64,000 nt of DNA. It comes from Prasinococcaceae sp. CCMP 1430. Its lineage: Eukaryota; Plantae; Prasinodermophyta. A model generated the notes under the pieces. That model was not told the DNA's origin. It was given only the letters and a program-made list of their open reading frames with translations, and did no database searches. Of the stretch, positions 22,644-32,813 are shown piece after piece (the stretch's first letter is position 1; the number at the start of each line of letters is the position of its first letter). Location: assembly GCA_013416795.1 (NCBI GenBank), contig RQSC01000062.1, forward strand, positions 75,117-139,116, read 5' to 3'. The position numbers and the translations under genes were made by a program.

Positions 22644-22722
22644 GGCGCGCGCGAAACGCGCGCGGCGCCGCGGTTTGAACGGGCGCGCGCGCGCGCGCAA
22701 TTGCGGTTTCGGTCCCACTCAC

Positions 22723-22868
22723 GCCTCCATACGCGCGCCCGCCGGGCGGGCCGCCCGCCTGCACACCCTCCATGCCATAGGCATCGTAAAGCGCGCGGCT
22801 GTCAGCGTCCGCGAGCACCTCGTACGCGCGCGCCACGGCCTTAAACATCTCCTCTGCGCCCGGTTCCC
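22723..22868 (-). CDS. Partial J-domain (DnaJ helices III-IV) exon; HPD half lost at the n at 22869
   Basis: EPGAEEMFKAVARAYEVLADADSRALYDAYGMEGV..., ending at a GTGAGT donor. Confidence 0.7.
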
Positions 22869-23495
22869 NCGGCGCGAGACGCCGATGCGATTTGATGGCG
22901 ACGGCCGGCCGGGCGCGCGCGCGCGCGAGCGGCCCGGGGCGAATTTCAATTCGGGTGCGCGGGGTGAACGAAGGATGAAAAGCGTTGATTCGTGTCTTTT
23001 ACCAACGGGAGCGCTGGGGGCGCCCCCCCGCGCGTGTCCTGCCGTCTGCGCGCGGCGCCGCGGGCGAGAGGCACCTTCCGAACCCACAGCCCGTCCGGCG
23101 CGCGCGCGGACGCGACGGGAGCGCGACGCCGGCAGAGCCACGGGACGATCCGGTCGGCCGCAGACACGCGGATGCCGTCGTCGGTCGGTCTGAGGCGCTT
23201 TTCGCTCGCTTCCTTTACGTCCACCAGATCCGATATTTTCATTTTCTGTGTTTCGCGCAGGCGCGCGGGCGGCACCCGCAGGTACGGCACGGTAAGGGTA
23301 TGGGTCGCGCGAGTTTGGGTGAGAATTCGAAGGGAAAGGGTTTGCGACCGTTACGCCGCGCCGCGGGCCGGCCAACCCGACCGCCCTGGCGCCGGCGCCG
23401 TGAGGGCGCGCCGCGAGCGCGGGCGCGCGGGCGGCCGGGTGATAAGCATACAACGGTTACGTGTACAACATGGGGCGAGCGGGCGCGCGCAGAGC

Positions 23496-25272
23496 TCAGA
23501 GCTCGAGCAGCTCCGTTTCGGTCCACTCGGCGTCCGCCGCGCCGAGGCGGCGGCCGCGCGCGCGCTCCTTCTCTTCATCCCCGGCCCGCTCGTCGTGCGG
23601 CACGTCGAACGCGCGAGGCACGCGCGCGCCCGCCGCCGACCCGCCCACAGCGCACACCAACGCCACGGCCGTAAAGGCCAAGAGCTGCGGCCGCGGCGCC
23701 GTCCCCGTTTGCGCAGCGTGCTCGGCGGCCGACCACAGCACGCCGCCCAGGGTGGGGCCGCAGGCGCGCGCGGCGCTCGCCATGCTCTGGCCGGTGGCGT
23801 TCAGGCGGCCCAGGTACTCATGCCCCAGCGTGTTGGCCATTGTCTGTATGATCGACGAGAAGGCGATGGTACCGGCCACGCGCGTGCAAGCCTGCGCGAC
23901 GCACAGACACGCCAGCAGCAGCGCGCGCGGCGCCGAGGCGGGGAGCAGCGACGGCATCGGCAGCATTGCACAGCTCGCCGCCGACAGGAGGAAGCCCGCG
24001 CGAAGCATCCGTACACAGCCATATCGGTCCATCAGCGGAGGAATTGCGAGCAGGGTGAAGGCAAACACGGCCGCGCCGCCAACACTCAATATGACGCTGA
24101 TGTCCTTCGTGTCCAGCGCGAGCCCGGCGCTGTCGCGCGCGCTCGCGGCGAACATCGGGAAGAGCTCGTCCATCATGATGTACACCAGGGCGATGAGCGT
24201 GTAGCTCGCCAGCACGCCGCGCACGCCCTCGATCTGCCACCACTTCAATCGATGCTCGGTGCTGGCCGCCCCCTCGAGAACTGCGGGCAGGTGCGCGTGC
24301 CCCTCCTCTGCGGCCTCCGCGCGAGCCGCCAGCTGCGAGCTCGAGCCCTGCATCTTGGTGAGGCCGCGCAGCGCCCTATCGAGCGCCTCGTCCTCCGTCC
24401 GCGCGTGAAGCTTGTGCTCGCTCGCATCGCACGAGTCCCCCCCCACCCCAGCCAGCAGCCCGTCCGTCTCCCCCTCGCTCTCCTGACCGGCGGAACCGCC
24501 GCTGCGCGCGCGCTTGCTCGCCAGCGTTTCGGGCAGGAAGAGAAGCACGAGCGCCCCCGCGCTGATGGAGAGCGCCCCTGCCGCCGCGCACGGCGCCAGG
24601 AAGGGGCGCGACGGAACAAGCCCCACGAGAGCGCCCGCGAGCACGGGGCCGCACGCCGTGCCGAGGTTCCACGCGAGGCTGCCGGCACGCGCGCACGCTG
24701 GCGTCAGCAGCTGCGCGACTATCGACGATGATGCCAGCGAGCGGGAGTGGCGCCGGTCGGCAGCGCGCGCACGCGCGTGCCCTGGGCGCGTACCTGATGA
24801 AGCTCATCGCCCGCGCCTGATTGCTCGCGTCGGTCAGCTCCGCAGTGACGCAGCGCACCGCCGGCGATATCGAGTTGAGGCAACCTGCGAGCAGGCGGAT
24901 CGCGACCGCGGCAGAGTAGCTCGGGGAGAGTCCGAGCGCGATGCTGAGCGCGCCCGCGCTGAAGCATCCTACCAGCAGCACGGGCTTGCGCCCCCAGGTG
25001 TCCAGGATGCGCCCGCTCACCGAGCTCGACAGCATGAGGCCGAGGGGATAACAGGACGCCAGCATGCCAGCGCGTCTAGCGACGATGCCGTCGCTGACGT
25101 CGGCCTCGCCGCCCGAGCCGTCGGCGGCCGGCGTCCACGACTGCACGAGGAAGACCAGCATGGGGAATAGCATATTCACTTGCACCCCCTGCGCGCACTG
25201 CGCCAGGAAGATGCACGCGATGCCCGCGCGCGGCAATGGCGTCGCCTCGCGCGGCGCGCCGGACCGCGGCAT
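23496..25272 (-). CDS. Major facilitator superfamily transporter (ZIF-like / DHA1 type); exons 25272-24794, 24678-23496
   Basis: Motif A G.ILDTWGRKPV, RLLAGCLN, AELTDASNQARAMS, many TM helices; phase-2 intron. Confidence 0.9.
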
Positions 25273-25447
25273 CGCTGCGTCGCTCGGGCTGCGGCGGCCC
25301 GCTGCAGTCACGCGCGGCGCGCGCCGTGTGGCGGCGCACCGCGGCGGCGCCGCGTGGCAGCTTCTGGATAATAAATGGGAGCCAATCATCGACCAAACAA
25401 ATGCAGGGCCGCGATTGCGAGTGCGATCGCAATTAGGGGGTGAAAAG

Positions 25448-25455
25448 TAGGGTTT
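25448..25455 (-). promoter_or_regulatory. Telo-box (AAACCCTA) in the divergent MFS/ULP intergenic region
   Basis: TAGGGTTT on the plus strand inside an AT-richer intergenic island. Confidence 0.4.
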
Positions 25456-25867
25456 GCGAAGTCATTGCCGATCGCCGAGGACCGAACAGCCACAAAATGC
25501 GGACCCTATCAAAACGAAAACAGCCTGTTCGTATCGATGCGCATTTCTGCGCGCGCCGCCGAGTGCGAGCCTCGACGATGGTGCGCACGAGTGCCAGCGC
25601 TCGCGCCCCCGTGCGGGCGCCACACGAGGCGCCGGTGGTGCTGCGGGTGGGTGCGTGAGGGGGGAGGGAGGGCCTGCTGCTCACTCGGAAGGGCGAGCCC
25701 AACCCGGGCGCCTCTTCCGTTCCGTCCCCGCCCGCCCGCGCCGCTCGCGCGCGCGGGAGGAGGCCGCGCGGGGCGCGCGGCCGCCCCATACCCCGCCGCC
25801 TCGGCTCGGGGCTCTGGAAGCGCTCGCGCCCGTGGGCGTGCGCGTGTGCTTTTGGCTCGGAGGGAGC

Positions 25868-25965
25868 ATGGACGCGCATCGGGCAAGATGCCCCTTTGGC
25901 AGGGCGGGTCGGGGAGCGGCGCTCGCGCCGGTTGAGTCGTCCGACGCCGCGCACCTGCTGACGCC

Positions 25966-25996
<31 letters not shown>

Positions 25997-28835
25997 ACCG
26001 GCGCGCAGACGCACTCGCAGCAGGCGCCGCCCTTCCCGAGCGGCGCCGACGACGGAGGGCGGCCGAGGCAGTCGCAGAGCCGCGGCGCTAGGGCGACGGC
26101 GGCCGCCGTGCAGGGGATCAATGCCGCGCAGGGGGCAAAGGGCGCGGGCGCCACCATGGTGGAGAGACAGAGGGGGAAGAAGGGGCAGCGGCGCCAGTCG
26201 GCGACGCCGCCACCGACGAAGAAGCATCGCCCCGCAGCGCCCAAGTCCGCGCCCGCGAAGATGCCGCGCGCGCCGCGCGACGGCGACAACAAGGAGATGC
26301 CCATTGAGCTGAACTCGTCATCGGAGGAGGAGGGAGAGCCCGCGGGTGAGCGAGTCCGTCGCCATCGCACGCGCAGCAGCACTGGGGCGCTGGTCGAGCA
26401 ACCCAAACCTTGCGAGCGCTTTGGTATCGCCCCCGAGCGTGCGATCATGTACCCCAGCGCCGACGATCCGGACAGCATCAAGGTGAAGGGCGCCGACCTC
26501 GGCGTCCTCGAAGAGGATGAGTTCCTCAACGACACGGTGGTCGACTTCTACATCAATTACCTCGACTCCCTCCTCGAGTTCGCTTAGTTGTCGCCCCAGC
26601 TTCCTGCGCACATGTAAAAGTTGTGGAAGAAGTTGTTCTTCGAGCTGACGCTCAAGAGCGCCGTCAGGAAGGACTCAAAGGCCACAAGGGACGAAAGGCT
26701 GCGCCAGAATGCGGCTGAGGGCGATGCTTGCAATGACAACGAGGCGGGAGGCGCCAGCGCGAGCGCAGATGCGGGCGAGGGTCCGAGAGCAGCCGGGCAG
26801 AGCGGCGGCGGCGCTGGTGGGAGCGGAGACCCCCGAGGCGACGCGTCGGACTCGGCAGATGCCCCGGACGCGCCGAACAGCGACGGTGGCGACCCGTCGC
26901 AGTCGCAGCAGTCGAATCATGCCAAAGGCTCAGCGGGCGCAGATGCGGCCCCGGCGGTGGCCGAGGGCGCAGGCTCAGGCGCTCCGAGCGCGCCGGAGCC
27001 GTCGAAGAGCAAGGCCGAGGCCGAGCTCTCCGCCATGATCAAGTGGACCAAGTCAGTGGGTCTTTTCGACAAAGACTTCTTGTTCTTGCCTTTGAACAAG
27101 GATCTGCACTGGAGCCTGGCGATTCTCTGTCACCCCAGTGCCTATGCCCGCGGCGCCAAGCCTGACTGCGACGACGGCGATATCGAGATCGTTGACACGG
27201 GGGGTGACGGCTGCAGCAGCGAAGTCCAGCCCTGCCTACTCCATCTGGACTCTTTGCAACCCCACCATCAAATTGCGGACTGGAAGGCCCCACTGGTCCG
27301 GTTCCTGAACGCAGAGTGGGACGACGCGGTCGACAAACGCCGGGGCCTACCCCCGCAGCACATGGGGGCGGGATGTCAGAAGCCCGAGTTTACAACCAAG
27401 AAGCTGCCGCACATGTCTATTCCCGACCTGCCGAAGCAGCCAAACTTCTGCGATTGCGGGCTCTTCATGCTGCACTACATCGAGCGCTTCGTGCAGAGCG
27501 CCTTCAGGCCCGTGGACGCCGCGCATCCGGATGCGCTCAAGGGTGCGTGTCGCTCGCAGCGCCTCGTGCTGACCGCCGAGACAGGCTTTGCGTGCGTGGG
27601 ACTCGCGCGCGCGCGCGCGCGGGCATCGCCACTCGCACGCGTGGCTGTGCAAACCGCGCGTAGCTCTGCCCGCAAGCGAAGGTGTGGATGCTACCGCGAC
27701 CGCGCCGTGTCACGCTGAGACACCCTGCTCGTTCGTACCGAATGCGAGCAGACAGTTCCTGTATGTTTTCTGGTACCGCGGCAAGGACAGCCGCGAGTGG
27801 TTCCACAAGGAGGGGGCGATGAAGCTGCGCGCCCGTATCCGCAGCATCCTCCTGTCGCTCTTCTGGGAACAGGGCGACGAGAAGGAGAAGCGGGCCATGA
27901 AAGAATTGCCCGCGTTCGAGGAGTGGCGTAAGGAGCACAAGATGCCTTGGCCGCCAGACCGCCCCAAGCCCAAGCCTCAGCTAAACGCCCGCGGCCAGCT
28001 GCCGCAGCGTGGTCAGCAGCTTCCGAACAAGCCCAAGAGGACCATCGCAACGAAGACGACGGAGGAGGGCAAGCGAAACGCCCGTGACGCGGCAGTGCGC
28101 GCAATGCAACACGCTGGCGACCCATCGCGCAAGCGAAAGGACAAGGCGTGCAATCCAGGGGTGAAAAAGTTCGTGACCGACACCGCGCGGTCTGCCGCGG
28201 ACAGGCGCCGCTCGCGCACGACTCGGCAGGGTCACGAGCAGGACAAGACGCTTGCGCACGACCACCACCAGCAGCAGCAGCAGCGGCGCGCATGGCGAGG
28301 CGCAACAGTTGGTGACACGGCGGATGCAGAGTCTGACGAGGGGTCGCCGCCTCCGAAAAAGCCGAAAGTGCAAACGCTGGGCCAATCGTCGTCGGACGAT
28401 GACGACGGCATCGACATTCAGGACGAGGAGGACGACGTCTGCGATAATAAGCGCGTGCCCCAGCCTCAGACGTTCAGCAAGACACGTTCGCAGCAAGCCA
28501 AGTCGCCCGCAGCTGCCAAGAAGGCCCTTCACAAGACCCTGGCCAAATTAATGAAGCCGGACCCACCCGTGGGTTCAAAGCCGCGCTCCGACGAGCGCGG
28601 CTCGCGCAGCAAAGCACCGAGCAAGCCTCTTCAGTCCATCAACGAGGATCCCTGGGACGTCCGGGGGGGCGGCAGCGTGGCAGCGTGTGGGCCTGCTGGC
28701 ACCGACACAAATGCTGCCGCTAGTTTGCTGCGCGCGAGTGCACAGCTGCCCTACCAAAAGCCGGAGCTTCAGGTCGTCCTAACAGCGGGGTGCGTGGAGC
28801 AGTGGTCTCATGGTGAAGAGGGCAGCCCCGCGTAG
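25868..28835 (+). CDS. Ulp1/SENP-family SUMO protease (ULP2-like); start uncertain; intron from 27543 (acceptor probably 27663); 26564-26644 appears base-complemented in this assembly
   Basis: EFLNDTVVDFYINYL, KWTKSVGLFDKDFLFLP, catalytic HWSLAI, LDSL, QPNFCDCGLF, and WF...LRARIRSILL. Two in-frame stops fall inside the complemented segment. Confidence 0.88.
25967..25996 (+). repeat. Poly-C tract (~30 nt)
   Basis: Seen directly. Confidence 0.9.
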
Positions 28836-28997
28836 CCTCCTCACCGGGGGGGTGACGGGCAGGGACGTCGGAAAGTCCAATGATGAAGCAGGGGGCACGA
28901 AGAGACGCCCCTCGCGCTCCGGGCGCGCAAGCGCATGCTCGATTGTACATTTTTGTTACTATACGTACAGATGTGAATTGGTTATTACTTTTGCCGG

Positions 28998-30342
28998 TCA
29001 GTTCCACTCGAGCGCAGCCCTGTCCTTCCAGTACCTCGCGCTGTCCTCCTTGCACTCGACCAGCAGCCGCTCGAGCGCGTCGGGCGCACAGCGCTGCAGC
29101 GCCTCCATGGCCTGAGGCGCCTGCGCGTTGGAGCGCGCGTGCGCCCGCGTCGCCGCGCCGCTGAGCACCACTGGCGCGCAGTCCAGCGCCATCGCCGCGC
29201 CCATAGCAAGCGCGTCGGGCGGCACGCCCAGCGCCGCTGCCGTCTCCCGAAGCGGCCCGCTCCGCAACACCCGTCCGTTCGCCATCGCCTCCTTGATGAT
29301 CACGCTCATGCCTGCCTCGCCAGCTTCGTCCAGAGCCTGGGGGGGGGGAACATACGTGCGCGCGCAGGGTCGAGAGCGGGCGCGCACAAGCGCGCAACTG
29401 GCGGGTCAGAGCGCGCGGCAGGCCAAACGATCGAGACGCCGGCAGCGTCGCACCAACGCAGAGCACGCACCTCCCCCGCGCTTTGCTCGAGCACATTGTA
29501 GGTGGCCTGCACGCAGTCGAACAGACCTGGCGCGCGGCGCAGCGCCTCGCGCAGCGTATCAGCCTGCGCGGTGCCGCTCAAGGTGAGGCCCAGTTTCCAG
29601 CCACGGGCACTCTTGAGCTCGCCGAGCTCTTGCAAGACGTCCGCGTCGAGGAAACCACTATCGAGCGTCGCCGAGTGCACTTGGTAGAGAGCGACGTGAT
29701 CCCCTAGCAACGCAACGCTCTCTTGCACCTGCGCGCGCAGGTTCGTGACGGAGTGCTACGCGCGAGAAGAGAGGGCGCACGCACAAGATAGGCAAGAAAA
29801 TAGAGAGCCAGGGTCAGTCTCACAGACGTTGCTCGGGGAGCTGCGCGGACACTTCGCAGTGGTCACCGACATCGACGACACACCTCCTTGACCTCGTGCG
29901 GCTCGCCGTCCGTGTCGACGCGCCAGCCGGCGGTGTAGCGGTAGCCCCACTTCGAACCGACAATAACGTCGCCCCTGCGTAGGCCACGCGCGTCGAGCCA
30001 GCCTGCGAGGAATGCCTCAGACAGGCCGTACGAGCGCGCAGCATCGAAGTAGCGCACACCGGCGTCGTACGCCTCGTCGAGCACGGCATAGCAGTGCTCG
30101 CGCATGGCGGCCTCACTGCGGTCCGCGCCCAGCGCGGCAAGATCCTCGCCCCTGCCGAGGTTGATATAGCCTGGCCTGCCGAGCGCGGCGAGGCCGAGGC
30201 CGACGCGTCCGCACGCGCCAGCGGGGAGTGGTGCGCCCAGGAAGGCGTCGGCGGCGCGTACGCACTGCCGGCGCGTGTACCCGCCGCGTGGCGTGGCCGG
30301 CCGCCCCACCGCTACGCGCGCCACCCCGCCGAGCGCGCTCAT
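28998..30342 (-). CDS. Aldo/keto reductase (bacterial-like subfamily) with transit peptide; exons 30342-29884, 29755-29471, 29336-28998
   Basis: GLGLAALGRPGYINLG, YFDAARSYG, GSKWGY, YQVHSAT, VQATYNVLE, IKEAMANG, YWKDRAALEWN; all three exons join in frame. Confidence 0.92.
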
Positions 30343-30672
30343 GGCCGCCGTCGCGATGGCAGATCGCCGATGTCGCTATTGGCGCGCCTGTAGACACAGG
30401 ACCACCTGCGCTTGCACCTACCCCTGGGCCTGCGCCGCCCGCGCCTCGGCCTGGGGCTAGGCCCGCGTGCTCGCGCCGTGCTCGCGCTATGTCGCCATCC
30501 ACCAAAACGGTTTCTCCGAGCAATCTCTCTGGAAAAAAGTGGGGCGCCCTCGCGCGCACACGCGGGTGTTCCCCCCAGCAGCGTGCTCGTGCCACACTGG
30601 GCAAGTGCGTACGCGCTCGCCCCGGCCCCTGTGGGGGAGCGAGGCTGCGCCCGCCTTCACCCGCCGTGCGCA

Positions 30673-32676
30673 ATGGAGGCCGTGTGGACGCGCGTCGACG
30701 CAGCGGGCGCCGCACCAAGCTCGCGCAGCGGACACACGCTCACGGCAGTCGGCGGCGATGGCAAGGGTGCCCTCGTCGTGCTCTACGGCGGCACAGACGT
30801 CCGCCGCAAGGCGTACTTAGGCGACGTGTGCGTGCTGGACGTGGCGAAGAATGCGTGGATAGAGACCCCGCTTGGCGCGGGCTCGGGCGTCTACGCGGGC
30901 GATGGGCGCGTGGAGCCTGCCGAGGATGCCGAGCCAACAGCGCCTCGCGTGGCAGGCGGCAGCATGGGCGCAGGTGCGGCCGCTGGCAAGGGTGGTGGCA
31001 GTGGCGAAGTAGGAAGCGAGGAGAGCTCTTCGAGCAACCCAACCCATCCGGGGGAGCGCGCATTTCACTGTGCCGCCGCGCTTTCTGGCACGCGCATTAC
31101 TGTCTTCGGCGGCCGCAAGGGTCGCACGCGCTTCAACGACACGTGGCTGCTCGACACGTGCGAGTGGGCGTGGCGCAGGCCGCGAGTGTCGGGGCCGCTT
31201 CCGGCCGGGAGGGACTTTGCGGCCGCGGCAGCGTGTGGCAATGACGATGCCGATGGTGACCGCCTGGTCGTATATGGTGGCTGGGACGGCGCGGGTTGGC
31301 TCGGAGACGCGTGGTTGCTGCACCTCTCGGCAGACGGCAAAGAAGGGACGTGGCAGACGCTTTCGCTCGGCTCGCCGGCGCCGGCGCCTCGTAGTGGCCA
31401 CGCGCTCTTGGCAGGTACTGAACAGAGCCGGAGACTGTACATATTCGGCGGGGGTACCTCCAGTGGGGCGCTGCTCAACGACTCGTGGAGCCTTGACGTC
31501 GAGCCGGATGGCACAAGCGCATGCGCAAAACTGCCAGCGTCTGCGCCAACCCCGCAGGGCCGGAGTGGTCACTCGATGTCGCGCCTCGGCCCAGTCATGG
31601 TCTCGTTTGGCGGGCATGGCACGAGTGGCTGGCTGCAGAAAACGGACAAGTACATGGATTTTGTGTGGCTCTACGCGCTGCCCACCCTGCGGTGGAGCCA
31701 CGCGGCTTGCAAGCAGTCCGGGACTGCCTCGCCGGCTGCTCGAGCATACCACGCGTCGGCTTCCGTCGGCGGACGCGTGCTCATATGTGGCGGCTACGAT
31801 GGCAAGGCATCGCTTGATGATTGCTGGTGGTTGGCCCTGAGAGACGGCGAAGCCGCGTCAGTGCAGGCGTCCGCCTCGCAGCCCGCCGCGCCAGCTCCGC
31901 ATGGACAGCTCACAAAGGCTATGTCGCAAGCACATGAGAAAGGGCAGCAGCGGCAACAGCAACAGCAACAGCAGCAGCAGCAGCAGACGCAGCAGCAGGT
32001 GGGGAGTCAGGAGCAGGGGGCTTTATCGGCGCCAGCGCCTCAGCCTCAGGTGCAGGCGCAGCAGCAGCGCGCGGACAAGTCGCGCTCCACGTCGTTCTTT
32101 TCGACGCTGGCTGGCAATTTGAGCAAGGCCATGCCCATATTTGGCGGGGCTTCGGGCAGTTCCGCGCAGCAGCCTCAGCCACAGCGGCGCGAGACCGCGA
32201 CGGTCACGAAGGGCGACGACACGGAGAGCGCCAAGGCGCGTGCATGGCGAGACCTGCGCCGCAGAGCTGGCCTCGAGCAGCGCCCGCAACGCCCGTCGGC
32301 GCCGCGCCTGGCGCCTCCAGCGGCGCCAACCGCCGCGCTGGCTGCCATCGGCCGCCGTGTTTCGTCGCAAGTGGGTGGGCCCGTCAGCGAGCAGAGCGCC
32401 GACGAGGACGCTGCCATCGGGCGCGCCTACTTGTTGTCGTGTGATCCTGATGATCTCGCTCTTGATGAGGTCGGAGTGATGCTCTCGGATTATCGTCGAG
32501 CTGTGTGGGGCAAGTCCCCGGGCCCAGCCGTCGGCGACGACGGGAGCATGGCCTGGCAGGCCGAGCTTTCCACAACCATGCAGTTTGTCAACGCGGACGT
32601 GGCATCACTCCATCTCGTGGATGTTGAGATGCTGCAGATGGCCTACAGCTCGGTGTACAGCTCGGTGGCTTGCTAA
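30673..32676 (+). CDS. Kelch-repeat beta-propeller protein with poly-Q linker (GPA3-like)
   Basis: Six kelch repeats (RSGHTLT..YGG, RAFHCA..FGG, RDFAA..YGG, RSGHA..FGG, RSGHSM..FGG, RAYHAS..CGG). Confidence 0.88.
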   Translation: MEAVWTRVDAAGAAPSSRSGHTLTAVGGDGKGALVVLYGGTDVRRKAYLGDVCVLDVAKNAWIETPLGAGSGVYAGDGRVEPAEDAEPTAPRVAGGSMGAGAAAGKGGGSGEVGSEESSSSNPTHPGERAFHCAAALSGTRITVFGGRKGRTRFNDTWLLDTCEWAWRRPRVSGPLPAGRDFAAAAACGNDDADGDRLVVYGGWDGAGWLGDAWLLHLSADGKEGTWQTLSLGSPAPAPRSGHALLAGTEQSRRLYIFGGGTSSGALLNDSWSLDVEPDGTSACAKLPASAPTPQGRSGHSMSRLGPVMVSFGGHGTSGWLQKTDKYMDFVWLYALPTLRWSHAACKQSGTASPAARAYHASASVGGRVLICGGYDGKASLDDCWWLALRDGEAASVQASASQPAAPAPHGQLTKAMSQAHEKGQQRQQQQQQQQQQQTQQQVGSQEQGALSAPAPQPQVQAQQQRADKSRSTSFFSTLAGNLSKAMPIFGGASGSSAQQPQPQRRETATVTKGDDTESAKARAWRDLRRRAGLEQRPQRPSAPRLAPPAAPTAALAAIGRRVSSQVGGPVSEQSADEDAAIGRAYLLSCDPDDLALDEVGVMLSDYRRAVWGKSPGPAVGDDGSMAWQAELSTTMQFVNADVASLHLVDVEMLQMAYSSVYSSVAC

Positions 32677-32813
32677 TTCTGGTTGTGATCGCGCACGGAC
32701 AGCTGCGCGCAGGCGGGCGCGTTCGGACCCACTTTCCCCGATTATTAACTCAGATTGTCATGTGATGCTAGAGATGTAGACCTTCAGGTAGACGGACAGC
32801 CGCTGCTGGCTAG

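Noticed and set aside
26585-26617. Stop-codon reassignment or readthrough of TAG/TAA
   Set aside because: The surrounding residues also fail to match the family, and other genes in the window end normally in TAG and TAA.
26578-26644. A small GT-AG intron or a pseudogene as the explanation for the ULP stops
   Set aside because: Splicing would delete the conserved FNTFF motif, whereas in-place complementation restores it exactly; the catalytic residues are intact.
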